DNA of 64,000 nt from Lama guanicoe (lineage: Eukaryota), in assembly GCA_013239625.1 (NCBI GenBank), contig MU053810.1, forward strand, positions 5,986,122 to 6,050,121, given 5' to 3'. This document shows, piece after piece, positions 12,603-26,950 of the stretch (the first letter of the stretch is position 1; each line of letters begins with the position of its first letter). Below the pieces are notes generated by a model. The model did no database searches, was not told the DNA's origin, and worked only from the letters and a program-made list of their open reading frames with translations. Both the position numbers and the translations under genes were made by a program.

Positions 12603-13722
12603 GCAATGTGGATAGTGAAAAACTGGGAGGATTAATGAGTGGGAAGTCCTGTGAAATCTAAGGATCGTTGGAATCGAGTTACTAGAGTAAGTAAACTGCA
12701 GAGATGGAAGTTGGGTGTTTAGAATGTGGTATTTTTAAAAATCTAAATTTTTGGAAATGGTGTAATTACTAATGATGACCATGGGAGTTCTTGATGGTGA
12801 TGAAGAAAAAAAAATGGGAGAAAAAATTGGTTCAGGAGGTCAAGTGACTGAGAGGCAAGAGTTCTGGGTGGATTATCTGAGTGAATGTTGCCATCACTGA
12901 GCATAATGATCGGAATAGTGATGTGTTAGCGAATGAGCTAAGATGCCAGAGTCCTCAGTGAAGGAGGGGAGTGATGAGGATGTTGGTAGATGGTAGTAAT
13001 GAGGTTACTTCCTTAGAGACCTCACCCCTTGACCACCAGGTCAATTTATATACCCTGTTAAATGCTCTCATGGAATCCTATATGTTTCCTCTGTGGCACT
13101 CAGTATATCCGTTTGACACTTGATGCTGGTCTCCAAGAAAGCAGGACCATGTTTGTGTTGTTTATTCCTGTATCAACAGTGCCTGCCTGATGCCTGGCAC
13201 ATTAGCTCTCAAAAGTTTACATGAACCTTACAGGGAGTCTGGAAGCTTAGTTCTGGTCCTCATTCTATCATGAATTAGTTGTATTTTAACCAGTTTTTAA
13301 CTCTCTTGTCTTCTATAAAACGATGAGTTTGAGCTAGATTATGTCCAAAGTTACAGTTCTGATGGCTTTTAGTAGAGTTTGTTTCTGACTTTAAGCCGTC
13401 CAGTTCTGACGCTTTCCATTAGTTTGTTTCTGAGTTCTTCAATTTCCTCTTTAAAAAAAAAATCTCTGCTTTACTTATTCTCTATTTTGTTAGCAACTAT
13501 GTTGAAATGTTTACTTTGTCGTAATTAAGGTATCAAGACACTGAATAAATAGGTCGTTCAGGAAATGGTTTGATTCAAATGGTTAGGAACATGATTCCTC
13601 TTAAATATTCTTAAAATCTTTCTAATAAAATCAATTTTTCAAAGTCTTGCCAAAGAGAAAAAATAAAAGTGAGATTGTGTTACATTAGAACATCTTTGTC
13701 TTTATCCTTTTACAGTATAGAT

Positions 13723-14913
13723 CAGCAGTACTGAAACTTACGGTCTCAGGACTCCTTTATACTCTTAAACGTATGAAGGACCCCAGAGAACCTTTCATTA
13801 GGTGGGTTATATCTTTCAACACTGTATCAAAAATTAAAATAGAGAAGTTTAAAACATTTATGAATTCATTTAAAATAACATGTAATGGGTTTTAACATTA
13901 ATAATGTAAATAATAGTTTTCTGAAAAATATCCAGGGTTTTCCAAAACAAAAAAAGTTTAATGAGAAGAATGGCATTGTTTTATATCACTGCAAATCTCT
14001 TTGGTGACCAGCTAGAACATAGCTAAATTCTCATATCTACGTCTGCATTCAACCTGTTGTGATATTTTATTTTGAAATATATGAGGAAATCTGACTTCGT
14101 ACGGTTACGTAGTTGGAAAGGGAGGAATATTTTAATAGCCTGTGCATAGAATTATGAATAATTTTCTTTGATACTGTATCAAAACTTGGCAGATAGTAGT
14201 TCTTAAAGATTGATCGCAGTGTAGACTCTGAAACCTAATCAGTGAACATTTTATGCTCCAGTGCATTAAAAATCTATGCCTGGGTCTTTTGAAAAATATT
14301 TGTTCATTTAATTAAATGGATTTTCTGAATGTTGACACATTTCATTATATGATATAAAAAAACACATTCATTAGTATCACTTCAGATTTTATCAGATGAG
14401 TCTGTAAGTATTGTAAAGCTCCCAAGCTCATGTAAATGAATGAAAGGTTTCCAATATTCTGATTTTTACTTAAAAGCTCAAATTTTAGTATTGGCACCAA
14501 ATATCTCCAGTTATTTTCCTTGAAATGGTAGGCTTACTCTGTTTATTTGTAGGAAGATACCTGCCAGATATCCAGTCTGATTAACCATAGTTTGTCAGTT
14601 GTTTTTTGAAGTACCAAGTTGTTTTTAAGTCATTTTTGAAGTAGTTTATTTTGAGATTCCATGGAAAAGTGGCTTATTCAGCTTGCAAATAAATTATACA
14701 AGTGCTTTTTCCTATCGTACTTAGCAGAATTACTTTACAGATTGTTTTCATTTTCTCACACAGACTGTTTAATGGCATCTTAGGGTTAAAGAGACCCAGA
14801 AGAGAAGGCAAATGACATTATTTGTATTATGAAAATAGTTTTGACCTTGTGAACCTCCTGAAATGGTGTTAGGGACCCTCAGCGGTCTGCAGACCACACT
14901 TCGAGAAACCTTG
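13723..14913. mobile_element. Charlie1a-like hAT DNA transposon (internally deleted)
   Basis: Starts cagcagtactgaaac...ggtctcaggactcctttatactcttaaa and ends gaccacacttcgagaaacc; the interior matches the recalled Charlie1 transposase remnant. Confidence 0.75.
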
Positions 14914-15345
14914 GTGTGGATGATGGGTTTAGTAGACTTGATGCCTTCCTTTTGTGGTAATAATGGGAGTCTGAATTTTAAATATTGTATAGCACTACGT
15001 GTAGAGGGTGAAGTGGGCATGTCTGACTGAAAACTTGTGTAATACCTCATGAAATTTAAAGTTGCTTGTGTAGGAATTCTCTTAGTACAGCGCGTATTGT
15101 GTTAATTATTTTGGATAATTTCTTATATTCTAAGTCTTATTATTGCTCTGTATATTTCACGTTTTAGCACTAATTTTGAAATAGTTCGAGGTTTCATATA
15201 TGTGTTTTCTTCAAATTTCACCCATGCCAAAAGTTAAGTAATTTGTTTAAATACATTTATTTGATTAATAGGAAATTGTTCAAATTATGATTTTTATGAA
15301 GCAGTATGTGAAGGACTAGTTTAAAAATGATTATAGTAATCATTT

Positions 15346-15464
15346 TTTTTCATGGGGGGAGGTAATTAGGTTTGTTTATTTATTTAAAGAAGGTTCTGGG
15401 GATTGAACCCAGGACCTCGTGCATGCTAAGCATGTGCTGTACCACTGAGCTATACCCTCCCCCC
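15346..15464 (-). mobile_element. Vic-1-like SINE with 12-bp TSD
   Basis: TSD TAGTAATCATTT at 15334-15345 and 15465-15476. Confidence 0.9.
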
Positions 15465-16014
15465 TAGTAATCATTTATTTCTAATTCAAGTATGTTCCAA
15501 ATTAGATTTGAAGAAATCTATTGATATGGTCTATGGTGCATACCTTCCTTTTCTGTACTAACGTATTTATGTCTTAAAAAAAATAAAAATAACCCAACTA
15601 AAGTAGAAAAAAAAAGACAAAGAAATGGAGGATATGCCTTTTGTTTTAGCTGCTACTCTGGCATTTTACCTCTTCTGTTATATATTTTTATGCGTCCCAT
15701 GAAAAAAGCTTTGGATTAATCTATTTCTCTTTCAAACCATTTCTCTTTCAAAAAGGTTAAGAAACCTTTTTTCTTTTTCAGCTCCATGTTTTATGAAAAT
15801 TAATATTCCATTAATAATGTTCAGACTTGACTTTGACTAGAGGGGAGACAAACTGTGATACGCCCATTCTTTCAGAATAATCAAAGACCCTAAAGAGAAC
15901 TGCCGAATGTTTATGTATTCTCAAGTTGGGACTGTAGCAATGCCCAGTGAAATGAAATATGTGTAGTTATATGTAACTCACTTCATTGTATGACAGAACG
16001 TATGAGTTTGTCAC

Positions 16015-16650
16015 CTGTTCAGTTATTGAGCAAACTTTTACTGCCTATTAGGTGCCTAAGTGTATTTTGCGAATCCAGGTACAATCTCTGCCCTTAGGAC
16101 AAGACATGATCTCTGCCTCCCTCACTAATCAAACGTATTTTATGTGGGGAACATGTTGACATGAGAGTGCATGTCAGGTGCTCTCACCTAGCCTGGTGCA
16201 TCAAAGAGGTAATGTTAGAATGGAGATCTGAAGACGTGAATGTATCTTAACCAGGAAACTTGGAGGGAAGGAAAAGCAGTATCCATACTACCAGAGGAAC
16301 AGGAACGTTATACGTACAGGCCCAGAGGTGAGTGAAAGCAGAGTGATTTTGAACTTCTAGACCCGAGTGCTTTAGAGTGTAGTGAGCCATCAGGGGAAAG
16401 AGAGTGTGAGGTTGATTAGATGGGGACCTGGGTAGGTAAGGTTTTGTGGGCTGTGTTAAGGATGTTGGTCTTATTTCTGAAGCTGATGAGGAAACATTGA
16501 AAGTTTTAAGCAGTGGGATGACATTATCATTTTCACTTTTTGAAGATTACTCGTGGTTAGAGTGGAGAACAGATTGGGAAGAGGCTGGAGTATGTATGGA
16601 CTGGAAGACACTCGAGATTGGGGGAAAGTTGGTCTTGAGGTGATGGTAGC
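16015..16650 (-). mobile_element. LINE-2 fragment
   Basis: L2-like 3' end and gaaacattgaaagttttaagcagtgggatgacattatc motif. Confidence 0.5.
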
Positions 16651-18994
16651 AAGTGGTGGTGAATTATCTAAATTCTCTAGTGCCTGGAATCTTTGTGGTA
16701 GGCTGTGACCACTTTTCTTTTCTAGAAAGAGAAGTGTTTGAGGCTGTAGAGATGTGTTAAAAGTTATTCAACAAATAGTTATTTGATAGTCAACAAGGAG
16801 TTGTTAATTGCCTACTCAGTGAAAGACTGCTGGGTGTTGTGATGTCTATATTGTATGTAGTATAGTTATATAAAAATCACTGAGTGATAGAAAATTACAA
16901 AGCCTTAAATTTAGGGAAGAGAAAATTGATCTTTAGTACTTATATTTAAATGAGGAAAAGAAGGAAAGAATTATTACCATATAGAAGAAAAGAATTATTA
17001 CTTTTGAAAGATTTTTATTTGTGTTTGACAGTATAGTTTTGCTTATGGAAAAAAATGTCAAGCAGCAGTTTTTTAAAGGAGCTTCTAGGTAATCAGTAGA
17101 TTCCTGTAAAAGATTCAAATAATACAGTTGTATTAAAAGCAGAACTTAAAATTCCCCTTCCTCCTTCTCCCCATATGCCTACTCGTCCCCCACCCCCTGC
17201 CCCAGCTGTTGTCAAGTTTGTTTCGTATCCTTCCATATTTTGCACAGGGGATGAGGAAGATTTGTTTGGCACTGGTGAAGGATGGATTCGTGAATGGACA
17301 GACTGAATGCAGAGTGACCAGTTACAGGACTGTTACATCTGTCCGGGTGTAGAGTATTTCTTGATTTGAGATGACTGCAGTTAAGATTGAAAAGGATGAA
17401 ACAGGTGCAAGAAGAGTCAGGAAGGAGGTAGGGCTAGGGAAGGGAGAACTTACAGATGGCTTACTTTACCTGGAGCCACTCTCCTCCAGCATAAAGCCAG
17501 TGCGCCCACAGAAGGTAATTTGCAGTAATAGAAGTGAATCTATAGACCTTCCCTTTTTCAGCTGTGAGTACGCAGTTGGTTCCAACACTATACAGCTTTT
17601 ACTCCTCCACAGTTGAATTGATTGGCAGAGCAGTGGGCTGGAAATTAGGAATAAGGCTTTGACTGTTAGCTGGCTGTGTGGGCAGGAGTGGGGAGAGGGA
17701 GGAAAGAGACGAAAGGGACCCTAAGGTCTCTCTGGCTATATACTGTCGTGTCCTGAGGCCAACGTGCGAGTTTCTCCTTCTGATGTTCTGTTATAATCTT
17801 CTGTATTAAATAGATTGTTGGATTGACTAACTTAGAGTCTTTTCAGAAATACCTTCAAAATATGTGTGACTTATATGTAGATTGAAGATTATCCCTTCTA
17901 TAAAGAAACTATTAGAGGGAATTTTAAGGAACGGTGCAATGTTTGGGGGTTTCAGAGAAATTTAAGCTTCTCATAGAGTAACTTTAGATGACTCATGAGT
18001 TCAAAGAATTAAGGGAAGGGGGAGATGGGAAGGCAAGAAATATAGGTAGTAGGAACAGCATGTATACCAGGGCATGTTGGAAAGAGCTACAAGTAGTTTG
18101 TTTTTGATAGAGTCAGATGCAAGGGTGGGTAGCGAAGGAGATGAGGTCTCTGTCAAAAACAGACCTGAACTGCTGTCATTAAACTGTAGACAACCAGTTC
18201 AGTGTTTCCCAGATTTGTAAACACAGAACCATATTTTAAATTTAACACTGGTAAGAGGAAATTGTGCTTTTGCTATGTCCTGGTATATATTCTGTTCTTT
18301 TGTTGTCTGGACACATTTGGCAAATCAACAGAAGCCATTCAATAAGAGGGTAAATGCAAGAGAGTTGAATTATAGGTCTGAGGAAATCACTTTTGTATCA
18401 ACTAAGTGTGGCAACTTGGGGACCGCTTGCATTAGTGGATTTTTTATTAGTGCTTAATAATATCTTGTAGAATGTAGAGCCACTTACCTTTAGGTCAGTT
18501 GTGCATTTCTGACAGTCATCTGCCCCCAGCCCCACCAACAGAGAGAAAGAAAGAAAGAAAAAAGAAAGGCAGCATGGTACTGTCTATATGAAAATCCTGC
18601 CACTCTCAGGGTTTTTATTATTTTTTTTTTTGCGTGAAGTGGTTAAGGTGGTGTAAGGTGAGAGGAATAAGTGATATATTTACATCACTGAGAAGAACTG
18701 TACTGAAACATGCCTTTTACAGTCAGGCAGAAGTCTTAGGGAATAAGTTTACTTCCACCAAGATGTTTTAACCTTGTGGATACTATAAATCATGTAACGG
18801 ATCTTGTTTCTTAATCTTTGTGGATTCATGGAGATCGGAGCCAAACTTATGGCTCCAATTTGTTATGTAGTACTCTGTGGTCTTTGTGGTCTCTGTATTA
18901 ATGTCCTGTCTTTCTTTTATATTATTGGATATCCTGATTTTTATCTTGTATATTTTCCTGTTTTATTGTACGCATTTTTGTACTGATACAGTAA

Positions 18995-19400
18995 CAGCTA
19001 ATGGCCCTACCCTAGACCAATGAAATTGTAATCTTTCTAGGGGGAGATGAAGGTCAGATTGGGGTCCAAGGCACTGGAATTTTTTTTTCTTTTTTTTTGG
19101 AATTTTTTTCTTTTTAAAGCTCACCAGATGGTGTTGATGTCCAGCTAGGGTTGGAAATCACTAATCTAGAACAGGACTGGGCAGATGTCTCTCAAAGGGC
19201 TAGTTAATAATTATAGGCATTGCAGGCCATGTGATCTGTCACAACTATTCAGTTTTGCCATTGTAGTAAGTCAGCCATAGATATGTAAATGAGTAAGTAT
19301 GAAGGTATTCTCATAAAACTTTGTCTGCAAAAACGGGGGTTGGGTGGTGGGGCTAAGTATTTGGCCTGAGGATCTTAGTTTGTTGGGGCCTGTTCTGCAG
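18995..19400. mobile_element. MER5-like then MER58A-like hAT MITEs
   Basis: tttttaaagctcaccagatggtgttgatgtccagctagggttggaaatcact, followed by caggccatgtgatctgtcacaactattcagttttgccattgtag...ataaaactttgtctgcaaaaac. Confidence 0.6.
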
Positions 19401-19526
19401 CCTGAGCTTAATTACTGTGGTATATTGCTGATGGACCAAAACTGTGAGCCAACGTACTGAGGTGAATGGATTTTTTTTCTTTTTCTTTTTCTCTCTTTTT
19501 TCTTCTTCTCCTCCCCACCCCCCATA

Positions 19527-21150
19527 GAATTTTTTTTTAGAGCAATTTTAGGTTCAGAGCAAAACTGAATGGAAGGTACAGAGATTTCCTGTGTGCCCTC
19601 TGCCCCTGCACATGCACAGCCTCCCACATTATCAGCATCCCCCACCAGGAGGGTACATTTGTTACAACTGGTGAACCTGCGCTGACACATCACCCAGAGT
19701 CAATAGTTTATTGGTTTACGTGGTTTAGGGTTCACTCTTGGTGTTGTACATTCTTTGGGTTTTGACAAAAATAGAATGGCACGGATCCACCATTATAGTA
19801 CAGTACACAGTAGTTTCACTGCCCTAAGAATCCTTGATGCTTCACTTATTCATCCCTCCCTCCTTCCTGACTCTTGGCAACCAGTGATCTTTGTACTGTC
19901 TCCAAAGGTTTGCTGTTTCAAAAATATCATATAGTTGGAATCATACAACATACAGCCTTTTCACATTGGCTTCTTTCTTGAAGTAATAGTCATCTAAGGT
20001 TTCTCAGTGTCCTTGCATAGCTTAATAGCTCATTTATTCTTAGCTTTGAATAATGTTCCATTGTGTGGATGTACCACAGTTTATTTGCCTGTTCACCCAA
20101 TGAAGGACATCTTGGTTGCTTCCAGGTTTTGGCAATTATGAGTAAAAGGTGCCATAATCATTCGTGTGCGGTTTTTGTATATATGTAAGTTTTCGCCTTT
20201 AAAGTGGCAGTACCATTTTGCATTTCTACCATCAGTGAATGAAAGTTCTAGTTGCTCTATATCCTCACCAGCATTTGGTATTGTCAGTGTTCTGGATTTT
20301 GGCCATTCTAATAGGTGTGTAGTGATACCTGGTTTTAATTTGCATTTTCCTGATGACCTGATGTGGAACATCTTTTCATATGCTTATTGGCTGTCTGTCT
20401 CTTCTTTAATGAGATGTCTGTAAGATCTTTGGCCCATTTAAAAACTGAGCTCTTTGTTTTCTTTATGGTCTTTGGCCCATTTTAAAACTGGACTGTTTGT
20501 TTTCTTTTTGTTCTGTATAAGAGTTCTTTGTATGTTTTGAATAACAGTTCTTTATCAGGCATGTTTTGCAAATATTCTCTTCCAGTCTATGTCTTGTCTT
20601 TTCATTCTCTTGACAGTGTCTTTTGCAGTGCAGAAAATGTAATTTTAATGAAGTCCAGCTTATCAATTCTTTCTTTCATGGATTATGCCTTTGGTTGTAT
20701 CTAAAAAGTCATCACCCGACCCAAAGTCATCTAGATTTTCTCCTGTTCTCTACTGAGAGTCTTATAGTTTTTGCATGTTAGGTAGGTCTGTAATCTGTTT
20801 TAAGATAATTGTTGTGATGGATATAAAATCTGTGTTTAGGTTCTTTTTTTTGCACATGTATGTCTAGTTGTTCCAGCACCATTTGTTGAAAATACTTCCC
20901 TTGCTCCATTTTATTGCCTTTACTCCCTTGTCGAAGATCAATCAACTATTTCTGTGGGCCTGTTTCTGGCCTTTCTGTTCTGTTCCATTGTTCTATTTGT
21001 CTGTTCTTTTGCCAATATCATACTTTCTTGATCACTGTAGCTTTGTAGTAAGTCTCTAAGTTGTGTAATGTCAGTACTCCAACTATGGTCTCAAAGTTGT
21101 ATTCAGCATTGTGTTGGCTCTTCTTGGTCTTTTGCCTCTCCATATAAACT
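19527..21150 (-). mobile_element. L1MC-like element (3'UTR plus ORF2 end), resumes at ~26967-27185
   Basis: ORF-track peptides resemble the ORF2p C-terminus (HLLEWPKSRTLTIPNAGEDIEQLELS); the sequence continues after the nested L1. Confidence 0.8.
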
Positions 21151-21151
21151 T

Positions 21152-24100
21152 TATTTATTAAAAATTTCCATCCTTATTGATAACACAGTTGACATGCAAC
21201 ATTGTGTAAATTTAAGGTATACAACATGATGATTTGATACAGCTGTAATCGCTGTTACCAAGCGTTTACCACAATAGATGTAGTTAATACCGCCATCACC
21301 TCTCATAGTTACCATTTTGTTTTGTGTTAAAAGCAACTTTCAAGAATGTAATACAAAATTGTTCATTATGATCAACCAAACTGTACATTAGATCCCCAGA
21401 ACTTATTCATCTTATAACTGGAAGTTTGTACCTTTCACCAACATCTTCCCATTCTACATCACCCTTGGCAACTACCATTCTAGTCTTTATCTCTGTGAGT
21501 TCAACTTTTCAAGATTCCACATATAAGTGATATCATGCAGCGTTTATCTTTCTCTGACTTACTTCGCTTATCATAATGCCCTCAAGGTCCATCCATGTTG
21601 TTGCATACAGCAGGATTTGTTCTTTCTGGTGGCTGAGAAATATTCCTCTGTGTATGTGTGTGTTTGTACATTTTTATCCATTCATTTGTAGATGAACGCT
21701 TAAGTTTGTTTCTGTGTCTTAGCTATTATGAATAATGCAGTGAATGAACATGAGAATGCAGTTATCTCTTTGAGATTCTGATTTCATTTCCTTTGGACAT
21801 ATACCCACAAATGGGATTTCTGGGTCATATGGTCTTAAAACTTTTGGAAAGCCTCCATACTGTTTTCCATGGTGGGTATATCAATTTATATGCCACCAAT
21901 AGGACACAAGAGTTCTCTTTTCTCCACCTCCTTGCCAGTGCTTGCTATTTCGTGTCCTTTTTATTATAGCCATTCTAATATGTGTGAGGTGTGGTTTTGA
22001 TTTGCATTTTCTTGATAATTAGTGATACTGAGTTTCTTCCTGTACCATTTGTGTATCTTCTTTGGAAAAATGTTCAGGTTCTCTGCCCATTTTTAAATTA
22101 AAAAGACTTTTTTTTTGTTTTACTATTAAGTTGTGTGAGTTCCTTAAATATTTTGAATATTAAGCCCTTACCCAATAGATGGTTTGCAAATATTTTCTCC
22201 CATTTTGTAGGTTTCCTTTTCATTTTGTTGTTGGTTTCTTTTGCTGTGCTGTAGCTTTTTAGTTTGATGTGATCCCACCTGTTTAGTTTTGCTTTTGTTG
22301 CATGTGCTTTTGGTATTGTATCCAAAAAGTCATTGTCAAATTGATGTTAGCCTTTTTTCTGTGTTCTTCTGGGAGTTTTATCATTTCATGTCTTAATGTT
22401 TACTCCTTTTCTGAGTTAATTTTTGTGAGTGGTGTAAGATAGGGGTTCATTTTCATTCTTTTGCATGTGAATATTCAGTTTTCTAAACACCATTTTTTGA
22501 AAAGATGATCTTTTCCCTATTAGGTATTCTTGGCTGTATATGTGAGAGTTTATTTCTGGGCTCTTAGTACTGTTACTGGTCTGTGTATCTGTTTTTATAT
22601 TGGTACCATACATTTTTGATTAGTATAGTTTTGTAATATAGTTTAAAATCAGCAGATGTGATGCCTCCACCTTTGTTCTTCTTTCTCAGGATTGCTTTTG
22701 CTATTTTGAATATATTGTAGTTCCAGTACAAAACTTCGGATTTTTTTTTTCTGTCTTTGAAGTATGCTGTTGGAATTCTGATGGGGATTACAGTGAATCT
22801 ATAGATGACTTTGGGTAGTGTGGACATTTTAACAATACTCATTTTTTGGATCCATGAACATGGTACATCTTTTCATTCATTTGTGTCTTCATTTTCTTTT
22901 CTCAAAGTCTTACAGTTTTCACAGTACAGATCTTTTACCTCTTGGGTTAAGTTTACTCCTGTGTATTTTTATTATTTTTGATGTTATTGTTTGTATTGCA
23001 ACAATTCCAACCAATACAAAAAATTGTATTGTTTTTGATGTTTTATATGCTATTAATGGGATTTTTTAAAAACTTCTGTTTCAGATATATTATTATTAGT
23101 ATATAGAAAGTCAGCTGATTTCTGTGTGCTGATTTTATATCCTGCAGATTTACTGAGTTCTTGTATTCTGGCATTTTTTTTTTTTTTGGTGGAATCATTA
23201 GAATTTTGTATGTAGGTCATATCATTTATAGAGACTATTTTAGTGCTTCCTTTCTAATTTGGATGCCTTTTATTTCTTTTCTTTGCCTAATTGCTCTTGC
23301 TAGGACTTCCAGTACTGTACAGAATAGGGACAGTGGGAATGAGCACCCTTGTCTTCCTTCTATACCCAGTCTGTTGAGAGTTTTTATCACGGAAGGATGT
23401 TGAATTCTGTCAAATGCTTTTTCTGCACCTAATGAGATGATCATATGATTTTTATCTTTGTTGATGTGCATCACACTTACTGCATATGTTATTTGCTTAT
23501 GTTGAACTATTCTTGCATCCTAGGGGTAAATCCTGCTTGATCATGGTGAATTAATGTGCTGATGAATTCAGTTTTCTAATATTTGTTGAGGAATTTTGCA
23601 TATATGTTAGGGATATGGGTGTAATTTTCTTGTAGTGTTCTTACCTGGTTTTGGTATCAGGATAATACTGGCCTTGTAAAATGAGTTTGGAAATGTTTCC
23701 TCTTCAGTTTTTTTGAAAGAGTATGAAAAGATTGGTTTTAATTCCTTTTTGAATGTTTAGTAGAATTTACTGGAGAAACCATCTGGTAATGGGTTTTTCT
23801 GTTTGGAAATTTTTAATTACTGATTCAGTCTCCTTGTCATTGGTCTGTTCAGATTTTCTAGTTTGTCTTGGTAGGTTGCATGTTTCTAGGAATTTATCCA
23901 GTCTAGGTTATCCAATTTGTTGATGTATGGTTGTTTATTGGAGTCTCTTATGATTTTTTTTTTAATGTTTCTGTGATAGGAGTTGTATGTCTCTGCTTTG
24001 ATTTCTGACTTTATTTATTCATGCCTTGTTTCCTTTGTCTCACTAAAGATTTGTCCATTTAATTTATCTCTTTGAAAAGCCAGATCTTTGTGTCATTGAT

Positions 24101-26950
24101 CTTTCCTGTTTTTCTGGTCTCTATTTCATTTATTTCTACTCTGATTTTTACTTCCTTCCTGCTAACTTTGGGCTTAGTTTTTTCTTGTTTTTCTTGTTTC
24201 TTGAGGTGTAAAATTAGATTGCTTATCTGGGTTTTTTTTTTTTTTTTTTTATTTTTTTTTTTTTTTTTGTTTTTTTTTTTTTTAGACTTTTAATGCTATA
24301 AACTTCCTTCTTAACTCTTTTTGCTGCATGCAATAAGTTTTGGTAAGTTTTGTTCCCCTTTTCTTCTGTTTCAAGGTATTTTTTGATTTCCTTTTTGATT
24401 TCTTTTCTGACCCATTGGTTGTTTAGGTGTATGTTGCTTAATTTCTACATATTTATGGATTTTCCAGTTTTTTGTCTGTGGGTATCTAGTTTCATACCAT
24501 TGTCGTCAGAAAAGATACTTGATATGATTTCAGTTTTCTTAATTTTGCTACAACTTGTTTTGTGACATAACATAGAATCAGTTCTGGAGAATGATCTGTA
24601 TGTGCTTGAGAGGAACTGTATTCTGCTGCTGTTGGATAGAATATACTTACCTTCACCAGTGTGTTGAATATTTTCACGTTACTAATTAGCATCATTTCAT
24701 GTTGAAGAACTCCTTTCAGCATTTCTTGTAAGACATGTAGTGGTGATGAACTCCCTCAGCTTTTGTTTGTCTGGAAAAGTCTTTATATTTCATTCATTTC
24801 TGAGGGACAGCTTTGCTGGATAAAGTAATCATGGTTGGCAGCTTTTCTTTTAGCGCTTGGAATGTATTATCCTGTTCTCTCCTGGCCTGTAAGGTTTTTG
24901 CTGAGAAATCTGAGATGGGGATTCCCTCATAGGTGATAAGCTTCTTTCCTCTTGCTAATTTTAAGATCCTTTCTTCCTCTTTGATTGTTAACAGTTTCAT
25001 TATAATGTGACTTGGAGAAGGTATGATTTTAATTTGTTTGGAGTCGTGTGAGCTTCATGAACTTGGGTGTCCAAATCTCTTCCCAGATTTGGGACGTTCT
25101 CTGCTATTATTTCTTTAAACTTTTTGCCACCCTTCCCCTTACTTCTCCTTGTGGGACTCCAGTAATTCACAGATTTTTTTTTTTATCATATCCCAAAAAT
25201 CACAGAGGCTTTTTTCATTCTTTTTTTTATTCTTTTTTTCACCCGTGATTGGATAACTTCAAAGTTCCTGTCTCCTGCTTCATGGGTTGTTTCTTTTGGT
25301 TGATCCATGCTGTTGATGGTCTCTGTTGCATTTTAAAATTTCACTTATAGTATTCTTTAGCTCCGGAATTTGTTTGTTTCTTTATTATGATTTCTATCTC
25401 TTAGTTAAACTTCTCATTTTGTTCATGTATTAGTTTTACTTCATTAAATTATCTTTCTGTTTTTGTGTAGCTCATTGAGTTTCCTTGAAACGTCTATTTT
25501 GAATTGTTTATTGGATATATCACAGAACTCATTGTCTTTGGGATTGATTACTGGAAAATTATTGTGAGCTTTTGATGGTGTCATTTTCCCTTGAATTTTT
25601 ATATTCTTTGAATTCTTGTGTTGCTGTCTTCACATTTGAAGTAGCAGTCACCTCCAGTCTTTACTAATTAACTTCAGGAGAGAGAGATCTTCTTTCAGAT
25701 CTGCTAGGGGTTTTGAGGCTTTGACAGGTCTTCTGTGGATATGCCTGCTTCACATTTCTTGTGACAGAATTCTTAAGCTTGTTTGCCTTCTCTTGATCCT
25801 GCGAAGCACCAGGCTGGGTGCTGACAGCCTCTTTTTTTTTCTCCCCCCAGGGGTGGTGCTTATGGCTCCAGTTTGTGACCTCTCCCAGGCCTGCAGGTCC
25901 AGGCTGGCTTTCTGTGTGTGCTCACTAGCCTTCTGCAAAAGCTTGCTCTTGCTACTGTCAGGAGCACTCACAGGAGCCAGTCCCGAGGTGAGGGTGCGTG
26001 GGACCAGACATGCGACGCACTGTTGGTACCTGTGGGCCAGTTCAGGGGCATCTGCAGGCAAAGCATCCTCAGGAGCTGTGGCTGACCCTCCTGATGCAGT
26101 CCTCGCTGTGCTTAGCAGGATCCACATCCCTTTTAGGATGTTCCGTACCAAGGTCTGGCTGCTGGTCTCCCAGCTGCTCACCACCCACCCCTAGCTGTGC
26201 AGCTCACGAGTCACACCGGATGGGGCGAGACAGAAGTGGGTTTCTTTGGTTCTGGGTCACACAGCTGGGGAAGCCAGGTGCTCCCTCACCCACTCTCAGT
26301 CTACCGCCAGGGAGAAGTCATCGGCTGAGAAGGCCTCTTCACACTGAGCTGTGCTGCCTTGGGGGAGGGGTAAAGTGGGTAAAAAAATCAAACTGTTTCT
26401 CTTACCCTTTCCAGTACATCTTATCTCAGATTTCTTTTGCTCCAGTGCTGTGCTGGAACTTCTCCACTGGACTCCTGGACTTCCCCAGAGGTTCTCTCAT
26501 CTATGGGTGATTGTCAAAATTAGTGTTCTCTGGGGGCTCCTGGACTCCAGCTGCGAGGGGCTGGAGCTGGGTCACAGGGCAGTTCAGGGTCCACGTTTGA
26601 GATTGATGTTCATATGCGTATTACCTGTTGTTCAGGGGAGTAAGGGTCCTCCCAGGTCCCTTGGCAGAAGGCACTGGTGTCGGAACCAAAGCTAAATGGG
26701 GCTGTAGCCGAGGCCTCTGGGTAAGAGCTGGTTCCCAGTCTATAGCTGAGATGTGGTCGTGTCAGCTGCCTGGATGCAGGTCTGTTTTAAAGCAGCTCTC
26801 CTTGGTCTTGGATTGCCCCCTGGGTTTTATAGTCTCTTCTCTGTATCCATAGTTCCCCATGAAGGCCTTTTGTCCAAGGATGGATGCAAAATTGTTGTTG
26901 AAGATTTATATGATGAGGGACTTCTTACCTGACGATCTCGTCGACATCAT
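21152..26950 (-). mobile_element. L1MA-like LINE-1 retaining 5'UTR, ORF1 and ORF2 remnants and 3'UTR (~5.8 kb, decayed)
   Basis: ORF1p-like EERILKLARGKKLITYEGIPISDFSAKTLQARRE (24794-25000). ORF2p-like [42 protein letters not shown] and KWEKIFANH. GC-richer 5'UTR ~25600-26950. TSD-like tcca(t/c)ataaactt at ~21139-21151 and ~26954-26966. Confidence 0.88.

Larger units (their letters stand above)
11270..13000 (-). mobile_element. LINE-2 (L2a-like) fragment interrupted by MER33 and a SINE
   Basis: L2 3' end (gagtacctcttaggtgtcaggtact...gatacagcagtga) and body (ggattggatatgggatgtgaggg). Confidence 0.65.

Noticed and set aside
25721..26852. Several 110-170 aa ORFs on both strands
   Set aside because: They lie in the GC-richer L1 5'UTR, with no protein similarity or exon structure that I can recognise.
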